Below are positions 9,194-19,884 of a stretch of 64,000 nt of DNA, in pieces. Within the stretch, counting starts at the first letter, position 1. Each line of letters opens with the position of its first letter. Source of the DNA: Opitutaceae bacterium (GTDB lineage Bacteria; Verrucomicrobiota; Verrucomicrobiia; Opitutales; Opitutaceae); contig JAUSID010000128.1 in NCBI GenBank assembly GCA_030648295.1, forward strand, positions 5,897 through 69,896, given 5' to 3'. Both the position numbers and the translations under genes were made by a program. Under the pieces are notes generated by a model. The model was given only the letters and a program-made list of their open reading frames with translations. It was not told the origin of the DNA and did no database searches.

Positions 9194-11269
9194 CTAGGCG
9201 AAAGGACGAAATTCATCCGACCGCGTTTCGCGCGTCAAACGGACATATTCGGGCTGGGGTAGCGAGTCCAAGAAAAGCCGACCATAGCTCTTCGAAACCA
9301 CGCGCGAGTCGAGCACGATAATGACGCCGCGATCGGTCGCCGTCCGGATCAGCCGGCCCACCCCCTGGCGGAATTTCATCAAGGCATCCGGCAACGTGAG
9401 CTCGTTGAACGCGTTTCCGCCGTGGCCGCGGATGAAATCGCAACGTGCCTCGGTGATCGGATGGGTCGGCGGATCGAAGGGCAGCCGTGTAATGATGACC
9501 TGGGCCAGCGAATCGCCCGGGACATCGACACCGGTCCAAAAGCTGTCGGTACCGAAGAGCACGGCGTTGCCAAGCGCGCGCATTTGTTTCGTGAGTTCCG
9601 TGCGGGAAAGGTCCGCGCCCTGCATGAGGAACGGCCGGCCGGCTGCGCGAAACACCGGCTCGAGTTCGCCCGCGATTGCGCGCATGTCAGTGTAGCTGGT
9701 GAACAACACGAGTGACCCGCCGCGCACCCGTTCGGTGCAAAACCGGATGTAGTCGGTGAGCACATCCAGGGCGAGTTTCGCCTCCTGCGGCGACGGCAGC
9801 GGGACATCGGCGGCCACGTATACCCGCATGTTGCGCTCGAAATCGAAGGGGGATTTTACCACGACCGCGCGGGCGCTCTCGGCGCCCATCCGCGCGGCGA
9901 ATGACTCGATCTGGCCGCCGAGCGCCAGGGTGGCGCTCGTGCACACGACGCTCGTCGAACAGCCAAAAAGGTGTTTGCGCAGTTCCGGCGCGACGTCGAT
10001 CGGCGCGCTCCGCAGGGTGACGATCGTCTGATGGCGGCCGGAACGCTCGGCCCAATACACGTGGTCCTTGTCGCCGAGCGTGAGCCACTCGTTGACGGCG
10101 GCCTGCAGCGCTTTCATCCGCTGCTTCTGCTCCAGTAATTCGTCGCGCTCGCGCCCGTCCTCGAGCGTGTCCGCCAGCTTCGCGAGGATTCGGTGCAACG
10201 CCCCCAGCGGCCCGTCGAGCGTGGGCTCGGCCACGCCTTCTTCGCGGACGCGGACGACCGGCCGCTGCGCGAGCAGGGAATCGGCGAGGAACTGGAAAAA
10301 CTGCCGCGACGCGTCCAGCGCATCGAGGACGAGTTGCTGCGCTTCGGGCCCGCCGAGTTTCCGAAACACGCCGCGCTTGGTCCGCGGGTTGAAGAGATAT
10401 TTGAGCGCGCGATCGACGCCGAAGCTGGAAAGCGAGAGGCCGAAGTTCTCGGTCGCGACGTCGGGTACGGTGTGTGCCTCGTCGAGCACCACGAAATCAT
10501 CGGGAAACAGGACGCCGCGCGTGTCGGTGTTGGCGTCGTTGGCCTTTGCGCCGCCGGCCCGAATCAGCGCAAACAGCAGCGCATGGTTGACGATGATCAC
10601 GTGCGCCGAACGCAGTCGGGCGCGGGCGCGCTGATAGAAACATTTCTCGCAATCGCAGTGCTTCCGCGAGCAGGACGACGAGTCCGCGTTCACCACATCC
10701 CAAACATCCAGTCGGGGCGGCGGCTTCAATTCGTGCCGGATGCCGGTCGTCGTGGTTTCGGCCCAGGTGGCGATCCGCTTGAGCTCGTCGTAGTCGGCAT
10801 CGGCCAGCAGCGTCGCGCGATCCGCGAGAGCGTGTGCCAGCCGGGTCGTGCAAAGGTAATTCGACTTCCCGACCAGGACCGCGGCGCGAAAATCGGCGTA
10901 ACGGGCGAGCGACGGCACCGCTTTGAACAGCCGCCGGCACTTCGGGAGGTCGCTCGTTTCCAGTTGTTCCTGGAGTGAAATCGTGTGGGTCGAGACGATC
11001 ATCTGCCGCGCGACATCCACGGCGTGGATGATGCCGGGAACGAGGTAGGCGAGCGATTTGCCGACGCCGGTGCCGGCTTCGAAGAGGAGCGCGGCGTCAT
11101 CGCGCATCGCGTCGGCGGCGGCGCGGGCCATCTGCTCCTGTTCCGGCCGATGCTCGAGTTTGAGGGCATCCTGGAGAAACCCGCCTTCCGCGAATATGCG
11201 GCAGGCCAGCACCGGAGCCTCGCTCACGCGCGGCGGCGCTGATCCGGTGTCTTCGCGAAGGCCGATCAT
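9194..11269 (-). CDS. dinG: DinG/YoaA-family ATP-dependent helicase
   Basis: EAGTGVGKS, Fe-S cysteines (C..SC...C.C..C), DEAH, LFTSY, FWTGVDVPG, RQGVGRLIR. Confidence 0.92.
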   Translation of the reverse strand: MIGLREDTGSAPPRVSEAPVLACRIFAEGGFLQDALKLEHRPEQEQMARAAADAMRDDAALLFEAGTGVGKSLAYLVPGIIHAVDVARQMIVSTHTISLQEQLETSDLPKCRRLFKAVPSLARYADFRAAVLVGKSNYLCTTRLAHALADRATLLADADYDELKRIATWAETTTTGIRHELKPPPRLDVWDVVNADSSSCSRKHCDCEKCFYQRARARLRSAHVIIVNHALLFALIRAGGAKANDANTDTRGVLFPDDFVVLDEAHTVPDVATENFGLSLSSFGVDRALKYLFNPRTKRGVFRKLGGPEAQQLVLDALDASRQFFQFLADSLLAQRPVVRVREEGVAEPTLDGPLGALHRILAKLADTLEDGRERDELLEQKQRMKALQAAVNEWLTLGDKDHVYWAERSGRHQTIVTLRSAPIDVAPELRKHLFGCSTSVVCTSATLALGGQIESFAARMGAESARAVVVKSPFDFERNMRVYVAADVPLPSPQEAKLALDVLTDYIRFCTERVRGGSLVLFTSYTDMRAIAGELEPVFRAAGRPFLMQGADLSRTELTKQMRALGNAVLFGTDSFWTGVDVPGDSLAQVIITRLPFDPPTHPITEARCDFIRGHGGNAFNELTLPDALMKFRQGVGRLIRTATDRGVIIVLDSRVVSKSYGRLFLDSLPQPEYVRLTRETRSDEFRPFA

Positions 11270-11481
11270 GATGAAAAGGTCAACAGGTGACGCCGAACCC
11301 GCGGCAGTTCAACCGCGAAGCAGGAAACCGCTGACATGACGTTTCCGCCCCGTGCGAAACAGGCCCGGCGCAAACCACAGTGTTTGTCCTAATCCCGGCC
11401 AATCCGGAGACTTGGAACGCGCACTCGGGCCGGGAATCGATTTGCGAGCTGCACCATCCGTGCGCTCACTTGCGACCTTCG

Positions 11482-13719
11482 ATGGACAAGACGACTTATA
11501 CCGGCGGCTCGTGGGTGGACGAACTTGTCCACTTTTTGCGCACAGAACCGACGGTAACGGCGGTGCGGATCGACCCGGACGCGCAAACCGTTTCGGTCGC
11601 AACGATCGGAAACGTCGAGTTGCATGGGCTCGAGGAAAAGCTGAGCGAGACGATTGCGGCCATTGAGGCGGAGCTTGCGGCCAAAGCCGCCACGCGCGCG
11701 CCGGTGGGATTTTCCGTGCGGCGCGAAGGCGGGGCGATGGTCGTCGGCCGCAATACCTGCGAAACGGCGGAGAAGCTCTGGCGGTGGCGCGAGATGGAGT
11801 GGCCGGAAATCAAACCCGGCGCGGCGGCGCACGAACAGGAGTGGCGCAAGCTCGCCATCCTGGCGACGGTCTGTGGCGTGGCGGGCATCGCGGGCGCGGT
11901 CGCGTCGAGCGTGGCGCCGGGTGTTCCCTGGATTTCAAAAGCGTTTTTTGGCCTCGGCCTGCTTGCGGGTGGCTGGGACGCCGCGGTCGACACCTGGCAG
12001 AACCTCCGGAAGCGTGAAATCGACATCCACTTCCTCATGCTCGCGGTCGCGCTCGGTGCGATGTTCATCGGCGCGTGGGGCGAGGCGGTGCTGTTGCTGT
12101 TCCTGTTCTCCGCGGCCGGCGCGATGGAGGAATACGCGCTGGATCGTACGCAGCGCGAAGTCAGTGCGCTGCTGAAATCCGCGCCCAAGAGCGCGACGAT
12201 CGTACTCGCGGACGGGACGGAAAAGGAAATCCCGGTGGAGGAACTTCAACTGCGGCATCGCGTGCGCGTGAAGCCGGGTGAGGCGTTTGCCACCGATGGC
12301 GTGGTGGTGAAAGGCCGCAGCGCCAGCGACGAATCGGCGCTCACCGGCGAGGCGACTCCGGTGGAAAAAAACGTCGGGGACGAGGTCTTCAGCGGGACTG
12401 TCAATCTCTGGGGCGCGGTGGATTTCGATGTGGTGCGGCTGCCATCAGAGAGCACGCTGCAAAAGATCATCCGTCTGATTCAGACGGCGCAGAAGCTGAA
12501 GGCGCCGAGCGAGCGATTCACCGACCGGTTTGGCACCGGCTACACGTATCTCGTGATTGGCGCGGCAACATTCATGTTTCTCGTCTGGTGGCTGGGCTTC
12601 GGTCTGCCGGCATTTACCAACACCGAGGGTACCCGCTCGGCGTTTTATCGCGCCATGACGCTGATGGTCGTCGCGAGCCCGTGCGCGCTGGTGCTGTCGA
12701 TCCCGTCGGCGATCCTCGCCGCGATCGCGTGGGGCGCGCGGCACGGGGTGTTGTTCCGTGGCGGCGCGGCGATCGAGAAACTCGCGGATGTGTCCGTCGT
12801 CGCGCTCGACAAAACCGGCACCCTGACGACGGGCGAACTCGCCGTCGTCGGCTGCGAGAGTTATCCGCAGGGTCGCGAAGGCGAGGTGATCGAACTCGCC
12901 CACGCGCTCGAGGTGAAATCGCATCACCCGATTGCCCGGGCGATCGTCCGGCATGCGCGCGCGACCGGCGTCGCGGAACTGGCGGTCGATGATTTCGAGT
13001 CGCTCACGGGTCAGGGACTTCGCGGCAAGATTGATGGCGCCACGCTGCTGCTGGGCCGCCGCGAATTGCTCGAGAGCGGACCGCTCTCGGGTTGGGCAAA
13101 AAAACTCCCGCCGGCCTCGGCCGAGCTCAGTGAAGTTTGGGTCATCAGCCGCGACCTCGTCGGCCGGATTCTCCTGAAGGATCAGATTCGCGCGGAATCA
13201 CGCGACGTGCTCCTGGCGTTGAAGCGCTATGGACTAAGAACGGTCATGCTAACCGGCGACCGCCGGCATGCGGCCGAAGCGGTGGCAAAGGAACTCGGGC
13301 TGGATGAGGTTCGTGCGGGGCTTTCGCCGGAGGACAAGGTCACCGCGGTGCAGGCTTTGCGTGAGGGGGGACGAAAGGTCGCGATGGTCGGTGATGGAGT
13401 GAACGACGCGCCCTCGCTCGCCGCGGCGGACGTAAGCGTGGCGATGGGCGCGCGCGGCAGCGACGCCGCGTTGGAGCAGGCGGAGGTGATCCTGATGCAC
13501 GATCGGATCGAGAATTTTCTCGCCGCGCTGCGGCTGAGCCGGCGGGCGCGCGCCATCATCCGGCAGAACCTCGCCATCTCGCTCGGAGTGGTGGTGATCA
13601 TGGTCTTGGCCACCGCGTTTGGGGCCGTACCGCTGGCAGTCGGTGTCGGCGCCCACGAGGGCAGCACCCTCGTTGTGTGCATAAACTCGTTACGGCTGCT
13701 GTTTGGCCGCAACGCCTGA
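11482..13719 (+). CDS. Heavy-metal P1B-type ATPase (P1B-4-like)
   Basis: TGEA, SPCAL, DKTGTLT, HP, GDGVNDAP and HEGST signature; start at ATG 11482 inferred. Confidence 0.92.
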   Translation: MDKTTYTGGSWVDELVHFLRTEPTVTAVRIDPDAQTVSVATIGNVELHGLEEKLSETIAAIEAELAAKAATRAPVGFSVRREGGAMVVGRNTCETAEKLWRWREMEWPEIKPGAAAHEQEWRKLAILATVCGVAGIAGAVASSVAPGVPWISKAFFGLGLLAGGWDAAVDTWQNLRKREIDIHFLMLAVALGAMFIGAWGEAVLLLFLFSAAGAMEEYALDRTQREVSALLKSAPKSATIVLADGTEKEIPVEELQLRHRVRVKPGEAFATDGVVVKGRSASDESALTGEATPVEKNVGDEVFSGTVNLWGAVDFDVVRLPSESTLQKIIRLIQTAQKLKAPSERFTDRFGTGYTYLVIGAATFMFLVWWLGFGLPAFTNTEGTRSAFYRAMTLMVVASPCALVLSIPSAILAAIAWGARHGVLFRGGAAIEKLADVSVVALDKTGTLTTGELAVVGCESYPQGREGEVIELAHALEVKSHHPIARAIVRHARATGVAELAVDDFESLTGQGLRGKIDGATLLLGRRELLESGPLSGWAKKLPPASAELSEVWVISRDLVGRILLKDQIRAESRDVLLALKRYGLRTVMLTGDRRHAAEAVAKELGLDEVRAGLSPEDKVTAVQALREGGRKVAMVGDGVNDAPSLAAADVSVAMGARGSDAALEQAEVILMHDRIENFLAALRLSRRARAIIRQNLAISLGVVVIMVLATAFGAVPLAVGVGAHEGSTLVVCINSLRLLFGRNA

Positions 13720-13774
13720 TTGAGTTGCAACTTTTAGCCCGAATTGTCGTCGTAACGGACAGCCAATCCTGACC

Positions 13775-14245
13775 ATGAAAACCTCACCCGTCCGCCATGT
13801 GGTTTTGATTGCCGTGATCGCCGCGGGGCTCGCGGGATGCACGTTCCCCTCCTCACGTCGCATAATCCCCCGGGGCCAGGCCAACGTGCTCCAACGCTCT
13901 GATACCGGCGTGGTGACCAGCGTGCGCGAAGTGACGATCGAGGGTGAGCGCAGCAACCTTGGCATGTATGGCGGCGGCATCATTGGTGCGGCGGCGGCCA
14001 GCGGTGGCCGCGGCGTCGGCGGGGCCATAGGTGTCGCGGCGGCAGGCGTGACCGGTGCCGTCGTCGGCCATGCGACGGAGGAAGCGGTGACGCGGAAGCG
14101 GGCGCAGGAAATCACGATTCGCCTGGATGATGGTTCCACCGTGGTCGTGACCCAGGAATCGGCAACCGGGCTCTTTCAGGATGGCGATCGCGTCCGCGTG
14201 ATGAACGGTGGCGGTGGCGCCCGCGTCGCGATGCAGACGAATTGA
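13775..14245 (+). CDS. SlyB-like outer-membrane lipoprotein (glycine zipper)
   Basis: Lipobox LAGC, glycine zipper GGGIIGAAAA/GAVVGHA, C-terminal beta domain. Confidence 0.85.
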   Translation: MKTSPVRHVVLIAVIAAGLAGCTFPSSRRIIPRGQANVLQRSDTGVVTSVREVTIEGERSNLGMYGGGIIGAAAASGGRGVGGAIGVAAAGVTGAVVGHATEEAVTRKRAQEITIRLDDGSTVVVTQESATGLFQDGDRVRVMNGGGGARVAMQTN

Positions 14246-14323
14246 GCGGTGAGACGGTAATACGGTGAATCGGTTCACACCCACCGATTCACGGTTTCAC
14301 TGATTCACTGCCTCACCGTCTCA
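14246..14323. repeat. Repeat-built hairpin between convergent genes (possible bidirectional terminator)
   Basis: gtgaatcggt/accgattcac and tgagacggt/accgtctca arms made of short related units. Confidence 0.7.
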
Positions 14324-14343
14324 TTGCTTCACCGACGCACCGA

Positions 14344-14868
14344 TCAGTCCGCGATCCACACCAGGTCGCCGACGCGGACGTCCTCGTAGAGTTCGACGAT
14401 GTCGTGGTTTCGCATCAGCACGCAGCCGGCGCTCAGCGGCTCGCCGATGCGTTCCTCGTGATTCGTGCCGTGGATGTACACGTAGCGGTCGTAGGTATCG
14501 ACTTCGCCTCCGCGGTTCACGCCCGGCTCGAGCCCGCGCAACCAGAGGATCCGGCTTGTGATCAAATTGTCGTCCGATGTCGCCTCGGGCAGTTCGCGAA
14601 AATGATGGCCGGTGGACACGCGTGACTTGAACACCATGCCCGGCGGCTGCCCGGCGCCGATGCGCTCGGCAATCTCGTGCAATCCTCGCGGCGTGCCCAT
14701 CGACCCTTTTATGTTCGATGGCGGACGCTTGGAGGTCGAAATCACGTAACTCTTTACCAGCGCAGCTTTGCGAAAAAACTGGAGGGTTGCTGTGCTGATG
14801 CGCGCCGCCAAAACCCGCTCTCCGGGCTTGATGCCCAGCCGGGCGCAAGTTTTGTTGACCTGCTCCAT
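14344..14868 (-). CDS. L,D-transpeptidase (YkuD family)
   Basis: TPRG and YIHGTN...SAGC catalytic His/Cys motif; start at ATG 14868 inferred. Confidence 0.88.
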   Translation of the reverse strand: MEQVNKTCARLGIKPGERVLAARISTATLQFFRKAALVKSYVISTSKRPPSNIKGSMGTPRGLHEIAERIGAGQPPGMVFKSRVSTGHHFRELPEATSDDNLITSRILWLRGLEPGVNRGGEVDTYDRYVYIHGTNHEERIGEPLSAGCVLMRNHDIVELYEDVRVGDLVWIAD

Positions 14869-14881
14869 TGGAGACAAACTC

Positions 14882-15943
14882 GTGAACAACGCATCCATCA
14901 ATGTCGGTATCGTCGGCGCCACGGGCGCCGTCGGTCAAGAGCTCCTGCAGCTCTTGCACGATCGCAACTTCCCGATGGCTTCGCTGCGGCTCTTCGCCTC
15001 GGCGCGGTCGGCGGGCAAAGTCATCGCGTGTGCCGGCAAGAAATACACGGTGGAGGAGGCGAAGCCGGGGGTGTTCGCGGACCTTGACGTCGCGTTCTTC
15101 GCGGTCGAAACGGCAACCACCCAGGCGCTTGCGCCGGATGCGGTGAAAGCGGGCTGCCTCGTGATCGACAAGAGCTCCGGGTATCGAATGGATCCCGACG
15201 TGCCGCTCGTGATTCCGGAGATTAATCCGGAGCAATTGCGGCAACACAAGGGCATCATCGCGAATCCGAACTGCTCGACGGCGGTGGCGCTCATGGGGCT
15301 GTGGCCGCTGCACCGGGCCTTCGGTCTGAAACGGTACATTGCCGCGACCTATCAGTCGGTTTCCGGCACGGGCGCCGATGCGATCGAGGAATTGGATCAG
15401 CAGGTGCACGCCTATGCCAAGGGCGCGCCGCTGACGAAGAAGGTTTATCCGTATCAGATCGCGTTCAACGTGATCCCGCAGGTCGATTCGTTCGGGCCCA
15501 ACGGCTACACCGGCGAGGAGACCAAGATGATGCTCGAGAGCCGGAAGATCATGGGGCTGCCGGACCTCAAGGTTTCGACGACCACGGTCCGGGTTCCTGT
15601 GGTGCGCGCACACTCGATCGCAATCAACGCCGAATTCGAGCGTCCTGTCAGCGTGGAGGCCGCGCGCGCCGCGGTCGCGGCTTTCGATGGCGCGCAGCTG
15701 GTCGATGACCCGGCGAACAAGGCGTATCCGACCCCGCTCGATTTCACGCGCAAGGTGAAGTGCGGGGTCGGCCGAATCCGGATCGATACTGCACTCGACA
15801 ACGGCCTGGCGCTCTGGGTCAGCGGCGACAACCTGTGGAAGGGCGCCGCGCTGAATGCGCTCCAGAACGCCGAACTCATGGTCCGCGAAGGCTGGCTGAA
15901 GCCGAAGGCAGCGCAGGCGAAGCCGGCGCTCGCGGCGGTGTAG
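14882..15943 (+). CDS. asd: Aspartate-semialdehyde dehydrogenase
   Basis: VGATGAVG, ANPNCST, YQSVSGTG, RVPVVRAH, DNLWKGAA; GTG start inferred. Confidence 0.96.
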   Translation: MNNASINVGIVGATGAVGQELLQLLHDRNFPMASLRLFASARSAGKVIACAGKKYTVEEAKPGVFADLDVAFFAVETATTQALAPDAVKAGCLVIDKSSGYRMDPDVPLVIPEINPEQLRQHKGIIANPNCSTAVALMGLWPLHRAFGLKRYIAATYQSVSGTGADAIEELDQQVHAYAKGAPLTKKVYPYQIAFNVIPQVDSFGPNGYTGEETKMMLESRKIMGLPDLKVSTTTVRVPVVRAHSIAINAEFERPVSVEAARAAVAAFDGAQLVDDPANKAYPTPLDFTRKVKCGVGRIRIDTALDNGLALWVSGDNLWKGAALNALQNAELMVREGWLKPKAAQAKPALAAV

Positions 15944-15957
15944 TTTGCCGCTGCGGC

Positions 15958-16047
15958 AATGACGAATGACGGATGACGAATTGAGGCCTCGAGTCGGCCT
16001 CTGATTTGCCCGCAGCATCGGCACTCGTAATTTGTAATTCGTCATTC
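15958..16047. repeat. Heptamer-repeat hairpin
   Basis: aatgacg-aatgacg-gatgacg on the left; ctcgtaat-ttgtaat-tcgtcat on the right. Confidence 0.7.
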
Positions 16048-16108
16048 TCCCTCCCCAATAATTCCTTGTCACCCGGTTGGTGCGGCCGTCTTGATTCCAG
16101 TTTGGCTC

Positions 16109-16182
16109 GGACGCTTAGCTCAGTTGGTTAGAGCATCTCGTTTACACCGAGGGGGTCGGGGGTTCGAGTCCCTCAGCGTCCA
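16109..16182 (+). tRNA. tRNA-Val(TAC), CCA not encoded
   Basis: GGACGCT/AGCGTCC acceptor stem, anticodon arm TCTCG-TTTACAC-CGAGG, GGTTCGAGTCC T-loop. Confidence 0.95.
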
Positions 16183-16600
16183 GCCGTCGCTCCTCCGCTG
16201 CGCGGCAGTTCCGCCCAGGGAGCGGAGGCGGGCAGTGGCCCCGCGGCGAGTTTCGACCCGGCAGACCAGTCAGCGCTGCTCCGCCACTCTGGAGCTATGG
16301 CTGGCAGGCCAGCCGGCGCGAGCCGGACACAGCCCGTGAAGCTCATCCGCCGGTGTGGGTTGAGGCCGCCGACGATTGCGTCCCGCACACGGGCGACCGG
16401 GCATTGCTGCCTTGCAATAGCCTCCGGCGAAGGAGGGCGACACCCTGTTCCAGCGAATCGTTCGCACGCTGTGGACATTTTCCTAAAGAGACGAGCCACG
16501 GCATTTTATCGACGCCCCGGTAGTTTGGCGCGCTTGCTCCGCAGGCCGTTTCCGTCATCAGTCGTCATCCTTCGCCTTCCCCGATTTTCCGTCTTCCATC

Positions 16601-19600
16601 ATGTCCACAAAGTTCTTCACCAATGAAGAGGGTCGCACCATGTTGGAGAAGATTGCGGGCATCTTTGCGCACAAGAACATCCATTTCTTCGATGTCTTGG
16701 TAGGCTACTTCCGCGCATCGGGCTACTTTCGCATCCGACCGTTTGTTCAGCGTTCCGGCAGGATTCGGATTCTCGTCGGCATCAACATCGACCGATTGGT
16801 TCAGGAAGCTTGGGATAAGGGGCTTCAATTCGGAGCCAACCCGACCGTTGCTCGTGCCGAGTTTCTCGACGAACTGAAACAGAGCATTCAAAAGTCGGCT
16901 TACGATCGCGTCGTGGAAGAAGGCATGATCGGCCTCGTTGACGACATCGCGTCCGGCAAAGTCGAGATTCGCATCCATCCGTCTCAGACTATCCACGCCA
17001 AGGTTTATATTTTCCGCGAGGAAACGAAACACGCTCATGGCTACGGCGCTGTCATCACGGGCTCGAGCAACCTCACCGATGCGGGCTTAGAGCGCAATTT
17101 CGAGTTCAATGTCGAACTGCGCGACGACCACGACATCGATTTCGCCACGGACACCTTCAATCGACTCTGGGACGAGGGCGTCCCCGTGGGGCCTGAGCAT
17201 GTTCAGGAGATCAAGCGGCAGACGTTTCTCAACGACTCATTCACGCCGCACGATCTCTTCATCAAATTCCTCGCCGAATATTTCGGCGCCGCCATTCAAT
17301 ACGACCCCAGCGTTCTTGAAGACCTGCCCTCGGGTTTCAAGAAACTCACTTATCAGGGTGATGCCGTCAGCGACGGCTTCGCCAAACTTCAACGGCACGG
17401 CGGCTTCTTTCTCTCCGACGTCGTTGGCCTCGGCAAAACCCTCGTCGCAACGCTTATCGCCAAGCGCTTTTACTACACCAACGGCTACATCACCGGTCAT
17501 CACTCTTCGACGCTCTTCGTCGTGCCACCCGCGCTCGTGGAGACTTGGGATGACACCATTCGCCAGATCGATCTCAAGAACACGCGCATCATAACTACCG
17601 GCAGTCTCCACAAAATTCGCCACCCCGAGGACTACGACTTGGTTGTAGTGGACGAAGCCCACAAATACCGCACCGACACCGCGGAGATGTATCAGGAGCT
17701 TCAGCGAATCTGCAAATCGCCGACCCGCCGCCGCGACGAATTGGGCCGGGCGTGCCCCAAGAAGGTCATCCTCGTTTCAGCGACACCGCTGAACAACCGG
17801 CCCAGCGATATCGCCAACTTGGTCTACCTCTTTCAGGACAGCAAAGACTCCACTTTGGAGACCGCCAATCTTCAGCGGTTCTTTGCTCCGCTCATGAAGG
17901 AATACGACCGCCTCAAGCGCGACCCGGATCCCGTCGCCGTGCGCAATGGCGTTCGTGCGATCTACGATCTCATTCGCGTTCACGTCATCCAACCGCTCAC
18001 CGTCCGGCGCACCCGGCAGGATTTGCAGGCCCACCCCGCCTATCGCGACGACCTCGCCGCGCAGGGCATCGTGTTCCCCGAAGTCCAGACCCCGGAGAAA
18101 ATCCTCTACGTGTTGCCACCCGTCGTGGATAAACTTTTTGATCACACCATCCGGTTGCTCACCGATTCGGCAAAGGGCCTGACCTACAATCGCTACCGGG
18201 CTATCGCGTTTCTGAAGCCGGGAAAAAAGGCCCGCTACCAGCAGGCCGACCGCATTTCGGCCCAGCTCGCCTTCATCATGAAGACGATGCTCGTCAAGCG
18301 TCTCGACAGCAGTTTCTACGCATTCCGAAAATCTCTTGAACGGTTCGCCACCGCGACTCGACAAATGGTCGGGATGTTCGACCGGAAGAAAATCTACATC
18401 GCGCCCAATCTGCCCGTCACCGAATATCTGGCCGACGGCAAGGAGGAGGCGTTGATCAACCTGATCGCGGTGATCTCCGAAACCGACCCCACCATCCAGA
18501 TTTGTGAGCCAGACGACTTCGAAGCCACCTTTGTCGAAGGCTTGCGCCACGATGCGGACATTCTCGACGAACTCGTCGCGGCGTGGAACCAAGTCACCGA
18601 TGACCCCAAGCTCGACGAGTTTATCGCGCGCCTAAAACGTCAGCTCTTTGATAAGAAGCTCAACCCCGCCCGCAAGCTCATCGTATTTTCGGAGTCCGCC
18701 GAGACCACCGACTATCTCATTCGCGCCCTAGCGAACGCGGGCTTCGATCGTGCACTCGCCGTCTCAAGCGCCAATCGCGCCGAAGCGCTGCCAGTCGTGA
18801 AGGCCAATTTCGACGCCAGCCTGCCCACGAAGGACCAAGAGAACCGCTACGACATTGTCGTCTCCACGGAAGTCCTCGCGGAGGGCATCAACCTGCATCG
18901 CGCCAACATCGTTGTGAACTACGACACCCCGTGGAATTCCACACGCCTCATGCAACGCATCGGTCGCGTCAACCGCATCGGCTCCCCGCACACCCAGATT
19001 CATATTTTCAATTTCTTTCCCACGTCTCAGGTCAAGGACGAGATCGAGCTGGAGAAGAAGGCCAAGATGAAGCTGCACGCCTTCCATGTGGCGATGGGCG
19101 AGGACAGCCAAATCTACTCCGACGAGGAAGACCCCGAGACGTTTGGCCTCTTCGAGAAAACGGTGAAAGAGGAAGTCGACGAGCGTCTCGCCCTGCTGAT
19201 GGAATTGCGCACGTTCAAGACGAACCACCCGGACCGCTTCAAGCAGATCAAGAATCTGCCCCAGCGTGCCCGCACCGGGCGGAGCAATCCTGCACTCGCG
19301 CGCTCCACCCTCGCCTTCATTCGCAGCCATCGGCGCGATGCGTTTATTCACGCTCGGCCTAACGACACCAACGAGGAGCTCGCTTTTGTCGAAGCCGCGC
19401 GGCGTTTCCGTGCCGAACCCTCCGAGAAATCCATCCCGCTCCATGAGAAGCATCATGACCAAGTGCAGACCGCGGTCCGCTTGTTCAACGAGATGTTGCA
19501 GGAAGACATGGCCCGCGAACAAAAGGTCGACCCCAAGATCGGCCCCAACGAAAACAAGGCGCTGAAACTCCTCGCGGCACTCCGCGACATGCCGGTTTCC

Positions 19601-19873
19601 TCGGAAAAGGAACGCGCCCTGCTCGAATCGGCCCAGCGCGCCATCCGGGTCGGCAAATTCCAGCAGCTCCACCGCGACCTCAACAAACTCCAAAAGGCCG
19701 TCAAAGACACGCCCGTCGCGCCCTCCCTCTTGCTGGAGCGCGTGGTGGCCATCCTCGGCAAGTATCCCATCGCGCCCGATGACGCGGCCACCACCGCTCC
19801 GGTCGAGCGTCTGCCAGTCGCCACCGCTGGCCCGCGTCTGCCCGAGATTATCATTTCCGAGTCGTTCGCCTGA
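16601..19873 (+). CDS. PLD-like nuclease domain fused to SF2 (SNF2-like) helicase
   Basis: HAKVYIF...GSSNLT (HxK...GSxN), DVVGLGKT, DEAH, SATP, STEVLAEGINL, QRIGRVNRIG. Confidence 0.88.
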   Translation: MSTKFFTNEEGRTMLEKIAGIFAHKNIHFFDVLVGYFRASGYFRIRPFVQRSGRIRILVGINIDRLVQEAWDKGLQFGANPTVARAEFLDELKQSIQKSAYDRVVEEGMIGLVDDIASGKVEIRIHPSQTIHAKVYIFREETKHAHGYGAVITGSSNLTDAGLERNFEFNVELRDDHDIDFATDTFNRLWDEGVPVGPEHVQEIKRQTFLNDSFTPHDLFIKFLAEYFGAAIQYDPSVLEDLPSGFKKLTYQGDAVSDGFAKLQRHGGFFLSDVVGLGKTLVATLIAKRFYYTNGYITGHHSSTLFVVPPALVETWDDTIRQIDLKNTRIITTGSLHKIRHPEDYDLVVVDEAHKYRTDTAEMYQELQRICKSPTRRRDELGRACPKKVILVSATPLNNRPSDIANLVYLFQDSKDSTLETANLQRFFAPLMKEYDRLKRDPDPVAVRNGVRAIYDLIRVHVIQPLTVRRTRQDLQAHPAYRDDLAAQGIVFPEVQTPEKILYVLPPVVDKLFDHTIRLLTDSAKGLTYNRYRAIAFLKPGKKARYQQADRISAQLAFIMKTMLVKRLDSSFYAFRKSLERFATATRQMVGMFDRKKIYIAPNLPVTEYLADGKEEALINLIAVISETDPTIQICEPDDFEATFVEGLRHDADILDELVAAWNQVTDDPKLDEFIARLKRQLFDKKLNPARKLIVFSESAETTDYLIRALANAGFDRALAVSSANRAEALPVVKANFDASLPTKDQENRYDIVVSTEVLAEGINLHRANIVVNYDTPWNSTRLMQRIGRVNRIGSPHTQIHIFNFFPTSQVKDEIELEKKAKMKLHAFHVAMGEDSQIYSDEEDPETFGLFEKTVKEEVDERLALLMELRTFKTNHPDRFKQIKNLPQRARTGRSNPALARSTLAFIRSHRRDAFIHARPNDTNEELAFVEAARRFRAEPSEKSIPLHEKHHDQVQTAVRLFNEMLQEDMAREQKVDPKIGPNENKALKLLAALRDMPVSSEKERALLESAQRAIRVGKFQQLHRDLNKLQKAVKDTPVAPSLLLERVVAILGKYPIAPDDAATTAPVERLPVATAGPRLPEIIISESFA

Positions 19874-19884
19874 CCCGCCCAGCC